Positions 54,698 to 62,506 of a stretch of DNA of 64,000 nucleotides are shown here, one piece after another. The position numbers and the translations under genes were made by a program. The stretch's first letter is position 1; each line of letters begins with the position of its first letter. The stretch comes from Aggregatilineales bacterium (GTDB lineage Bacteria; Chloroflexota; Anaerolineae; Aggregatilineales; Phototrophicaceae): the NCBI GenBank assembly GCA_044227005.1, contig JBGAFZ010000010.1:3285-67284 (forward strand), read 5' to 3'. Under the pieces are notes generated by a model. It had not been told where the DNA came from. It saw only the letters and a list, made by a program, of their open reading frames with translations, and did not search any database.

Positions 54698-55282
54698 TCA
54701 TAGCCTTGGCAGTGTATAAACGATCCGGTTATCATCCCCCATCACCTGTAGCGTACCACCCTCAAATTGTAGTCTGAGTGGATTATGATTATCGATTAAT
54801 AGATTTTGCGATTTATTGCTGCACATCAATCCTGAACGATCACATTGGTAAACATAGGTGTCGTAATAACACGTATACGTAGCCATATCAAACGTATCCG
54901 GACACAGAGGAAATATATCTTGCACAACATGATAAACATGATCCGGTGTAACCAGCGAGGCTTCATACCGCCGGAACAAATACCCGACGGCTGTTCCAAT
55001 AGCACTCAGCGGCAAAAGGAGCAGCACCGTACCCACCACGATCAACAATTTTCGCTTGACCTGATGATTACCACTACAGTACACAAGCACGCTGAGCAAT
55101 AATGCCAGCCCTGCCAGCATATAAACTTTGATAATATTGCCAAGCATCGGGAAGACAAACAGCCCCACTTCACCACTATCACGCGGGTAGCCAAATAACA
55201 GGACATAGCACAGTATCATCACCACCGCAGCCGTCATATAAAACCAGATTACCCGCAGTCGCCCTGCCCATTTAACCAGCAT
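54698..55282 (-). CDS. Hypothetical membrane protein
   Basis: Four hydrophobic spans followed by a Cys-containing C-terminal domain. Confidence 0.55.
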   Translation of the reverse strand: MLVKWAGRLRVIWFYMTAAVVMILCYVLLFGYPRDSGEVGLFVFPMLGNIIKVYMLAGLALLLSVLVYCSGNHQVKRKLLIVVGTVLLLLPLSAIGTAVGYLFRRYEASLVTPDHVYHVVQDIFPLCPDTFDMATYTCYYDTYVYQCDRSGLMCSNKSQNLLIDNHNPLRLQFEGGTLQVMGDDNRIVYTLPRL

Positions 55283-55631
55283 GATAGATCTCTCAATGAG
55301 GGTTGGATAAAGATTAGGCTCACTATAAGGGCATCAAGAGCATCGCCACCCCCCAACATTTAGGGTAGTTCACCGCCTGACATACCCTCCCCCACACGCT
55401 GATTTGCTCATCAATTTGATGTTGAGCTACAAAAGTAGCTTCTTCATATGCATCCTTGCCTCATCGGCGCGATCCAGCGCAATTTCACACAGCACTGACC
55501 AGCCTGAAGTTACTTCAATTAGCGAACGTTTAAGTTGACGTTCCAAAAATGCAGTCATACAACGAAAACTTCATCACTTGCAATTTGACCGCTACCATAT
55601 AAAAGCTAGCTGCTGCCGTTTTTCGCTATTA

Positions 55632-55647
55632 TGTGACATTTGTCACA
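55632..55647. promoter_or_regulatory. CRP/FNR-type palindrome TGTGACA-TT-TGTCACA (fits TGTGA-N6-TCACA exactly)
   Basis: Seen directly. Centred about 83 nt upstream of the predicted +1 of the 55687-55716 promoter. Confidence 0.55.
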
Positions 55648-55686
55648 ATACTTTTAAAACGGAAATCATGTTTACTGTGAATTTGC

Positions 55687-55716
55687 TTGAAATCCCGTTA
55701 AAACGGTTCCTATAAT
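55687..55716 (+). promoter_or_regulatory. Sigma-70-type promoter for 55791..56417 (TTGAAA-18-TATAAT)
   Basis: TTGAAA at 55687-55692 and TATAAT at 55711-55716. The spacer contains the palindrome CCGTTAAAACGG. Confidence 0.55.
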
Positions 55717-55790
55717 GAGTTCATCGAATGAAAAAACATAAAGCTTTCTCATCGATGTCCAGTCAAATTTACGTCTAAGGAAGCAACGAA

Positions 55791-56417
55791 ATGAAGTACC
55801 TCAATTCCCGTCTTTCAGCAGCTATGTGGGCAAGAGTCGTCTTACTGTGGGTGACACTCAGCATTGGCGCCTTAGTGGTAGGTGTAGTCGCAATAGGGCT
55901 AGGTCGTTTTGTGCAGGACAATATCCGTACTGAACTGACATCACAACAAATTACGTTTTCGGCAGTCGATCAGATGGCTGATGAAGAAAAGCAGATCCCC
56001 GGTATGGTAGAAAACGCGGGCTTACCGCTCTCAACGGGTAATCAGGCTAAAGTTTACTCCGAACTGATGGCACTGCATGTGCATAACATAACAACGTCCT
56101 CTGGCTATCCCGATGCCACCTACGCCACTTTGGGTGGCATACAGCGCCAATTGCAGGCGGCCTTGAAAGCGGTCGATCCCAAGGACCAAACCGCAGTTGA
56201 CGCTGCACAGGCCAAGGTCACAGCCGTCACGAATCTCCGTAACACATTGCAGACGGCAAGCACCCTGCGAGGCAATCTTCTGGCCGCCTACGGCTGGGAT
56301 AATGTTGCCACAGGTATCATGGCAACAGGCGCGTTCATGGTCCTGCTGGCCGTAGTGTTCTTCGTGCTGTTCATATATGAATGGCGGCGAGGCCACTTAC
56401 CACCTTTGGAAGCATAA
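55791..56417 (+). CDS. Hypothetical membrane protein (two TM segments flanking a helical domain)
   Basis: AAGGAAG precedes the ATG. N- and C-terminal TM segments. A strong terminator lies downstream. Confidence 0.65.
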   Translation: MKYLNSRLSAAMWARVVLLWVTLSIGALVVGVVAIGLGRFVQDNIRTELTSQQITFSAVDQMADEEKQIPGMVENAGLPLSTGNQAKVYSELMALHVHNITTSSGYPDATYATLGGIQRQLQAALKAVDPKDQTAVDAAQAKVTAVTNLRNTLQTASTLRGNLLAAYGWDNVATGIMATGAFMVLLAVVFFVLFIYEWRRGHLPPLEA

Positions 56418-56452
56418 TTTCCAAACGGGCGCGATCTATAAATTGACAATCG

Positions 56453-56493
56453 ATACCTCCGTAGGCTTGACGCTGCGGAGGTATTTTTTATTT
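56453..56493 (+). terminator. Intrinsic terminator for 55791..56417
   Basis: ATACCTCCG-loop-CGGAGGTAT followed by TTTTTTATTT. Confidence 0.85.
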
Positions 56494-56663
56494 AACGTGG
56501 TTAGATACTGTTGGCAAACTAAGAAGGCACAAGAGCGGCAAAATTTATTCTTAACATGCCCTCCCCCACACCCTGATTCACCGCCCACAATCCGCTATAA
56601 TAGAAATATCGGCTTAGTCACATATTTCGCACCAACGAATATAGGATTAAACAGCGCCATTTT

Positions 56664-56900
56664 ATGGCAAAAGAACTCGCACCCGACCAACAAATCTGGG
56701 TCATGACCAATGAGGGTGGGGAACTAACCGGATATAACGCTCGTTATCTGGAACAGTTGGCAAGAAAAAACTTACAACTGCCCGAAGATGAACGCGAGAT
56801 CAAGGTTCGCAAACGGGGTGGTCGCCTTGAATTATGGTTACCTGACCTCTTGCACTACATCAAAAATATCGGTTACGGCCCGCATCAGGACAAACCCTAA
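56664..56900 (+). CDS. Small putative DNA-binding protein (excisionase/MerR-like HTH pattern)
   Basis: 78 aa. ..MTNEGGELTGYNARYLEQLARKN...IKVRKRGGRLELWLPDLLHYI resembles the HTH_17/Xis layout. Motif-level evidence only. Confidence 0.45.
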   Translation: MAKELAPDQQIWVMTNEGGELTGYNARYLEQLARKNLQLPEDEREIKVRKRGGRLELWLPDLLHYIKNIGYGPHQDKP

Positions 56901-57133
56901 ACCGCGAGAATATGCACTTTTACAACGGTACGCGCAATATAACAACGCCCTGTAGGGATGAGTCGGTGCAAATGCCTCATCCAAAAAATACGAGGCGAAA
57001 CACCGTACACAATACGTATTGAAGCGCCTTTAGTGCGCTTGTCTGGTGATTAGCATCCGCGCTTTAGCCGGATGCGGCGCCACCACAGCAACCGTTAAAA
57101 GTCATAACCTCGCTTTCACACTCTTCTTTTTGC

Positions 57134-57162
57134 TTGACTTTATGTGACAACTCACATATAAT
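57134..57162 (+). promoter_or_regulatory. Near-consensus sigma-70 promoter TTGACT-17-TATAAT with TGTGA-CAAC-TCACA in the spacer
   Basis: TTGACT at 57134-57139, TATAAT at 57157-57162, palindrome at 57143-57156. No annotated gene lies downstream on this strand. Confidence 0.6.
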
Positions 57163-57168
57163 CTCTCT

Positions 57169-57436
57169 CAACACAACATACCCTCGTGTGCAACTGACAC
57201 CAACAGTCTGTAACCTAGGCTTATGAGCTGTTCAAGCAGCCTCTTCCCGATGTGATGCAAAGGGCGCGTCTTTTGTATCCGTGTACACCGTTGGGCGGAG
57301 GTCGGGCTTGCTGTTGCGCGGCTAACACAGGGGCGTGTTGCTCATACTTTAAATGAAACACACGATAGCGCGTCATACCCAAGCGCCTATCGCAAATACC
57401 CTTTGCTAGTTGGTGATAGCATAGGGTATTTTATTT
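57169..57436 (+). ncRNA. Candidate orphan transcript of about 270 nt (sRNA, or mRNA for a 33-aa Cys-rich peptide)
   Basis: Bounded by the 57134 promoter and the 57395-57436 terminator. No ORF of 60 aa or more. Internal hairpin CGATAGCGC...GCGCCTATCG. sORF at 57255-57356. Confidence 0.4.
57395..57436 (+). terminator. Intrinsic terminator (better T-tract on the plus strand; also lies 3' of the minus-strand gene 57445..57864)
   Basis: AATACCCTTTGCTA-GTTGGTGA-TAGCATAGGGTATT followed by TTATTT. Confidence 0.75.
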
Positions 57437-57444
57437 CCCTACGT

Positions 57445-57864
57445 TCAGGGGTAAACCACATCAAACAGGTCATGTAACAACTGCCGCGCCTCTTCCGGCG
57501 TTGCCGCAAAATACGGCTGGTCAAAAGCCTTAGGTGCAAATTTTTTGCCGAAATCCTGTATAAACTTCTTATAATTCAGGTGATTTTTATTGACCAACAT
57601 CACTACTGCCCCTTGGTTGGGCGGCACATTCTTCTCAAGATACTTAATGTCCGAAGATGTCAGAGTCAACTTGATAGTACGTTCGTCAATAATCAAATGC
57701 ACGGTATGAGGCACACTTTTCAACATCTCGGCTGATTTTTTCGCCAAATAATACAAATCGTCTTTAACGGGTGTCTCGGTATAAGACTGAAAAACAACCG
57801 TTTGGGCGGCGTTGTCCCACTGGATGAAATGTCCCATGTCCTGCCTACTCCAAAAATGTAACAC
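57445..57864 (-). CDS. Hypothetical protein (about 130-139 aa)
   Basis: Start is GTG 57864 or ATG 57837 (GGAG upstream). No recognised motif. Confidence 0.55.
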   Translation of the reverse strand: MLHFWSRQDMGHFIQWDNAAQTVVFQSYTETPVKDDLYYLAKKSAEMLKSVPHTVHLIIDERTIKLTLTSSDIKYLEKNVPPNQGAVVMLVNKNHLNYKKFIQDFGKKFAPKAFDQPYFAATPEEARQLLHDLFDVVYP

Positions 57865-58017
57865 TTATAGATCAATTGTAATGTGATCTTCTCCCTTCAA
57901 TACTTAACACTCTGCCCTGTTGTGATCTTCGTAACCTGCCGAACATGACCACACAAATCCCCTACCCTCCTACAATGAAAATAATGGCGTCCTTTGTCAA
58001 TCGAAAGGAAGCTGCTC

Positions 58018-58584
58018 ATGACGGATTTGCTGTGGTGGATTATTTTTGATGTCCTGCTACCGTTCCTCTTCTATCGGCTGTTTAAGAACCCCTCACGTCC
58101 CAAACTGCCGTGGGGTACAAAATTGCTCTACACCTTGCTGGCGCTAATCACATTCATCAGCCTACTCATTAGTCTATTGGGTTTCGCAGTAGCTTTATTA
58201 GGTCTGATGATGAACTCAAGCTTGACCGCGAAAGATTTGCTTATTGCGATACACTTGCTCGTGCTACCGATCTTTAATGGTGTGATGTTGTTCATCATCC
58301 CTCGCTTAATCACTACGCAGGCCATAATCTCATTCATAGGGATGGTCATCAGTGCAAATTTTCTGGCTTGGATTGGATTCGGAGGTTTAGCTTTTCGGGT
58401 ATCCACCAATACCGACTTAATAACCACTTTTGTGATCTATGCCATCTGCTTATTTTGTTTTGTACTGTCAGTAATAATGTGGGTTTGGTCGGATAAAATC
58501 GGCACTTCCGAGTCGCCAATCACGCCACCCAAACGGCGCAACAACGTCAACCAAGAACCTGATTTTCTACGTTCGGAAAAATAA
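58018..58584 (+). CDS. Hypothetical integral membrane protein
   Basis: ATG 58018 with AAGGAAG upstream (the track ORF starts at TTG 57994). Five to six hydrophobic spans. Confidence 0.6.
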   Translation: MTDLLWWIIFDVLLPFLFYRLFKNPSRPKLPWGTKLLYTLLALITFISLLISLLGFAVALLGLMMNSSLTAKDLLIAIHLLVLPIFNGVMLFIIPRLITTQAIISFIGMVISANFLAWIGFGGLAFRVSTNTDLITTFVIYAICLFCFVLSVIMWVWSDKIGTSESPITPPKRRNNVNQEPDFLRSEK

Positions 58585-58607
58585 CCCGCCCTCCCTACCC
58601 AATAAAA

Positions 58608-58633
58608 AACCGGATGACATCTGCCATCCGGTT
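58608..58633 (-). terminator. Intrinsic terminator for 58672..59175
   Basis: Minus-strand AACCGGATGGCAGATGTCATCCGGTT followed by TTTTATT. Confidence 0.8.
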
Positions 58634-58671
58634 CTCAAAACTCAGACTACTGTGTAAAGCCGCGATACGAG

Positions 58672-59175
58672 CTATTGAGCATCCACTGTGTACCCATAAA
58701 CCGTCGTCCACGGAATGCCGTCCAAAATCTTGACGTGCATCTTACCCTCGGCATCCGGTCCGGCGTTCACCTGAATTTCACCCGTCGTCAGCACGTAAAC
58801 CGATACGCCGTCCATCTCCGCCAACAATACATTTTCCGCCGGATGAGTCTTCATATAGGGCGCAATATCCTTCTGGCTGATGCTGAACAAATAACTGCTG
58901 AAGCTCTCGCCAGTCTTCAAACCATACACATCCATCTTGATATCGCTGCCGTCGCCCTGCACCTTGTACAGCACCACGCCCACATCACTATCGTTAAAGC
59001 TTACATTCTCGTCCATATCAACCAACACCGGCGTGGGCGTCACAATAATCGGCACAGGTGTCGGATCACACCCGCCAAAACAACCCGCCGATGTACTGAG
59101 CATCGGAACCGACAACAACATCAGTGCAAAAACAGCCGACAACAGAATGACCACACGCGAATGACGCTTCATCAT
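58672..59175 (-). CDS. Secreted protein or putative lipoprotein, unknown function
   Basis: Signal peptide ending LSTSAGC (lipobox-like). Realistic composition, unlike the R/H-rich antisense ORF 58675..59187. Confidence 0.7.
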   Translation of the reverse strand: MMKRHSRVVILLSAVFALMLLSVPMLSTSAGCFGGCDPTPVPIIVTPTPVLVDMDENVSFNDSDVGVVLYKVQGDGSDIKMDVYGLKTGESFSSYLFSISQKDIAPYMKTHPAENVLLAEMDGVSVYVLTTGEIQVNAGPDAEGKMHVKILDGIPWTTVYGYTVDAQ

Positions 59176-59353
59176 TTATATCCTTGATTTAAAATTGTCC
59201 AAAATCGAATCACCTCAATATATGTCAATTATAAATCAACTATCCATATTCCATTCCACCCAAATCATTGAGGAATCAAACACGCCCCTGCTCGACTCAC
59301 CGGAGGGTCGCATCAATGCGCACAATCTATCAGCCTGTTGAAAAAGTTAGCTG

Positions 59354-60820
59354 TTAAACAAGGCCAGCAGGTTCTAGGAAGCAAAATACTCGCTGAAAAG
59401 GAGTCCGTAGAGCGGCACTCCCTGCTGGTTTGAGAGGTTTTCTCCATATTTTTCCTTTCAGTAACCGCTTAATGTTCTGTCCCGCTGCCCTCAACAACCC
59501 TTCAATGTTAACTTTCTCCAAACCTCTGAGACGAAACCGTCTCCCCTCATGCCATTGTTTGGCTTCGCCAAAGAGCGGTTCAACCCAAACCTGTCGTTTC
59601 CGCAGCGCCTTTTTGTAGGCTTCGGTTTCGCGGTAGCTGGCGGCGCGATCAAGATAATTTTGGAAAAACGAGCGGTGCAATTGGCGTCCTGTCTTACTCT
59701 TAGTACATTTCCCTTTCAGTGGGCAGACATTACAAATAGCCGCTTCGGCGATATAGACTAAAATCTCTTCACTTTTACGCCGAGATCGTAAGCGAAGATT
59801 TTGTCCTTGGGGACAGATATAGAGATCGCGTGCTGCGTCGTAGCGAAACGCTTGCGGCGGGTAAAAGTCGGTGCGGTCACGGTAGTCTGAAACCGGAACA
59901 TAGGCACGAATGCCATCCTGTTCCAGTCCTGTGATGTTTGCCACCGTGCCATATTTAGTGTCGCCCACTGCGATTTGAGGAAACAATTGCCAGCGAAAGC
60001 AAACCCATCGTTCCAAATCAAGCATAGGGGTATTGTCTTGGATAGAAGCAGGTGTCACTAACGCCGCTAAGATAATCCGGGCTTTACCCCCGTCGACCAC
60101 ATAGTGGGTATGGTAGCCCAACCGACGATGCTTCTCATGAGAAGTCATCATGGGGGTAGCTGAAGGATCGGTGATACTCACTTTGCTATCTGTCGTTCGT
60201 TTGTATGAGTGCGACGCTCGTGAGAGAATACGTGTGCCATCGTATTTGTCAATCAGCCGACGTGGGTTTGACGCAATCGAGTTATCTGTTTCTTGGGCCG
60301 GAAATAAAGCCTGCATATGCTGTTGAGCAACTAATTCCAAACGAGGTTCAAGACTTTCTACGGCAGCGTTCGCGGAAACTTTTGTGCCGTCAAAGTATAG
60401 TTCTTTGCCCCAGACCAAACCTGCTAGTTGGCACAACTCCACAATATGCTCAAAGAAACGTTGGAAAACTTCCAGACCATAACGGTCTCGAATTTTACTC
60501 AAGGAACTATGGTCAGGAACAGCTTCGTCGAGGTCATAGCCGATGTACCAACGGTGAGCGAGGTTCAGCTTGACGAGTTCCATGAGCTGTCGCTCGGAGC
60601 GGATGCCTTCAAAAAACATAATGAGATGCAGCTTGAAGAACACCACCGGATCAACCGACGGACGCCCCATGCTAGAAGCATAGCAATCCCTGACCAACTC
60701 CCGAACGAAACTCAGATCCAGTTTCGCCTCTACTTGGCGATAAAAGTTATCTTTGGGAACCAGATCATCTAAAGAAATTGTTGTGTGGCACTTAAAGATT
60801 TTAGGCTTGTAACCGAGCAT
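59354..60820 (-). CDS. IS1182-family (IS5-like DDE) transposase
   Basis: InsH-type N-terminal block LDDLVPKDNFYRQVEAKLDLSFVRELVRDCYASSMGRPSVDPVVFFKLHLIMFFEGIRSERQL. C-terminal VEPLFGEAKQWHEGRRFRLRGLEKVNIEGLLRAAGQNIKRLL. Start is ATG 60820 or GTG 60862. Confidence 0.9.
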   Translation of the reverse strand: MLGYKPKIFKCHTTISLDDLVPKDNFYRQVEAKLDLSFVRELVRDCYASSMGRPSVDPVVFFKLHLIMFFEGIRSERQLMELVKLNLAHRWYIGYDLDEAVPDHSSLSKIRDRYGLEVFQRFFEHIVELCQLAGLVWGKELYFDGTKVSANAAVESLEPRLELVAQQHMQALFPAQETDNSIASNPRRLIDKYDGTRILSRASHSYKRTTDSKVSITDPSATPMMTSHEKHRRLGYHTHYVVDGGKARIILAALVTPASIQDNTPMLDLERWVCFRWQLFPQIAVGDTKYGTVANITGLEQDGIRAYVPVSDYRDRTDFYPPQAFRYDAARDLYICPQGQNLRLRSRRKSEEILVYIAEAAICNVCPLKGKCTKSKTGRQLHRSFFQNYLDRAASYRETEAYKKALRKRQVWVEPLFGEAKQWHEGRRFRLRGLEKVNIEGLLRAAGQNIKRLLKGKIWRKPLKPAGSAALRTPFQRVFCFLEPAGLV

Positions 60821-60938
60821 AAGAGTCTGCCCCGCCTTATTTAAAAACGAACGTTTATTCACCTAATGTCATCATTCTTGGTCTTATAATAAGGTAAACG
60901 GCTTTTTCAAGACTTTGCAACGTTGGGGGACATAAAAA

Positions 60939-61529
60939 TTGGATGTCGAGCAAACATTATTCCAAAAGATAACTCAATCATTAGTGGATTTGAGCGAAGT
61001 AGAACTGTTCAGTCTGGAGAAATTAGTTTGGGATACTAAGATTGAGATGCTCAGCAATTATGAACTCATGCAAGGACAATTTTCTGCCGAAGCGGAGTTT
61101 TCTGACCAAAAGACAAGTGAGGAAATACTATCATTGGATACAATTAAACTTGCAATTGCAGGTTTAAATCCAGCGGAAATTAACGTTTTACACACTTTGA
61201 TTACTTGGCATTTGGACAAGGTGCATCACCACGAGGGACAGCGAAGAACAGCCTCATGGAGGTCGGACAATGGCGTTCTTTTGGGGGTATCGAGTTTTAT
61301 GACAATGCGAGCAGATTATTCTGCACCAAAAACTTCACAACTAGGCCCAGAGACAGAAGCGATAAAGGCATTCAAGGAAATGACGGATCTTATGGAACAA
61401 GCCAATGCTGCTAAAAAGATTGGCGATAAGAAGCGGGCTTTAGAGTTGATAGAAGACGCAATTACGTTTGCTGAACAAGCGGGAATACCAAGCTATGTGT
61501 TACAGCGAATGCGTGAACTTTATCTGTGA
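60939..61529 (+). CDS. Hypothetical protein encoded inside the IS boundaries (passenger ORF)
   Basis: 196-aa ORF with TTG start (uncertain), divergent from the transposase, in locally AT-rich DNA. No recognised motif. Confidence 0.45.
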   Translation: MDVEQTLFQKITQSLVDLSEVELFSLEKLVWDTKIEMLSNYELMQGQFSAEAEFSDQKTSEEILSLDTIKLAIAGLNPAEINVLHTLITWHLDKVHHHEGQRRTASWRSDNGVLLGVSSFMTMRADYSAPKTSQLGPETEAIKAFKEMTDLMEQANAAKKIGDKKRALELIEDAITFAEQAGIPSYVLQRMRELYL

Positions 61530-61914
61530 TATTCGATCAGCTAAGACCCGCTGAAACATAGCGTTGCAGCCTACCTTCCACTGGGTATTTTGATTACTGT
61601 GGCTGAGTAAGCAATCTCCATGAGACTTTTTCAACAGGCAGCTATCTTGTGGGATCACAACCAACGGGGATTCAACCAACCAGCGCGGAGTAATAACCTA
61701 TGCCTGCTACCAACCCTGCCCTACAGCGACTTGAACACCTCTAACTTGTAACTTCAGACTTAAAACGTACAACTAGCCCACTCCTCCAACGGATTTCCGG
61801 AGTTCCACCGGAGTCCCATCGGAAAACGAACTAACCGCCCTACCCTGCATCACGCCTTGTTCTTGCCTTTTGTCTTGAACTATCAACTAAAAACTACCGA
61901 CTACAGACTAAGAA

Positions 61915-62391
61915 TCACTTCTCATCCTTCTGGCTCTGGGCACGCTCCATCATCTTGATCATGCCCTTCAGCATACCAATCTCTTCACGCAGGTCACCAA
62001 TACGCGAATCGCGCTCCGCAATAATCTCGTCTTTGCGGGTCAGCTCATCTTCCAGTTCATCCACCCGCGCCTGCAAAACCTGCATCTTGCCGTACTGCAC
62101 AATCGGCGCTGGACTATCCACCAACAAGGCATTCACGGGTAAATTCGTATCGCGCACACCCTCATCCATCAGATTCGCGATGTCCTGCCAGTCGGTATTC
62201 TTCTGGCGCTCCACGCGGATCGTGTTCAGGATGACGATCTCCGCCTCATCGAAGCTGCGCCCCATTGTCCTGCCCTTCCCGCGCGCATCCGCCGAAAAGA
62301 ACTTCTCAAAGTCCGGACGATCCGTCCAATTGAGAATCGTCTTCTGGTCTACCCCAAGCATGTCCGCTACCTTGCCTGTCTTCATACCCAA
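61915..62391 (-). CDS. MerR-type HTH DNA-binding protein with a C-terminal coiled coil
   Basis: N-terminal KTGKVADMLGVDQKTILNWTDR (HTH). C-terminal heptad-rich LQARVDELEDELTRKDEIIAERDSRIGDLREEIGMLKGMI. Confidence 0.7.
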   Translation of the reverse strand: MGMKTGKVADMLGVDQKTILNWTDRPDFEKFFSADARGKGRTMGRSFDEAEIVILNTIRVERQKNTDWQDIANLMDEGVRDTNLPVNALLVDSPAPIVQYGKMQVLQARVDELEDELTRKDEIIAERDSRIGDLREEIGMLKGMIKMMERAQSQKDEK

Positions 62392-62416
62392 CTCCTAGAT
62401 AAGTCTTGGAAATCTG

Positions 62417-62486
62417 TTGACATATCCGAAAAAACCGAGATAATACGCATTATACCAGAGTCCGTAGATTTGCACACTATAGTGTG
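62417..62486. promoter_or_regulatory. Overlapping divergent promoters plus a 14-bp perfect palindrome (operator candidate)
   Basis: Plus strand: TTGACA (62417-62422), 16-nt spacer, GATAAT (62439-62444). Minus strand: extended -10 TGGTATAAT (62457-62449). Palindrome CACACTATAGTGTG at 62473-62486. Confidence 0.55.
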
Positions 62487-62506
62487 TAGCACATTAAAAG
62501 GTTTTG

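Larger units (their letters stand above)
59331..61641 (-). mobile_element. IS1182-family insertion sequence (2311 bp) with 17-bp terminal inverted repeats and a 4-bp CTAT target-site duplication; carries an extra ORF
   Basis: IR-L is CAGCCTGTTGAAAAAGT (59331-59347). IR-R is ACTTTTTCAACAGGCAG (61625-61641), matching in 16 of 17 positions. CTAT is found at 59327-59330 and 61642-61645. Confidence 0.75.

Noticed and set aside
55427-55558. 43-aa minus-strand sORF (MTAFLERQLKRSLIEVTSGWSVLCEIALDRADEARMHMKKLLL), vaguely antitoxin-like.
   Set aside because: It has no SD and no partner toxin ORF, and it is too short to assess from sequence alone.
58675-59187. 170-aa plus-strand ORF that fully overlaps 58672-59175.
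   Set aside because: Its Arg/His-rich composition is typical of antisense frames. The minus-strand protein has a signal peptide, a lipobox-like Cys and a matching terminator.
60898-60915. Alternative right end of the IS (GGCTTTTTCAAGAC resembles the IR core CTTTTTCAA).
   Set aside because: Only about 9 nt match. By contrast, the site at 61625-61641 matches at 16 of 17 positions and is flanked by a matching CTAT duplication. I keep this only as a caveat.
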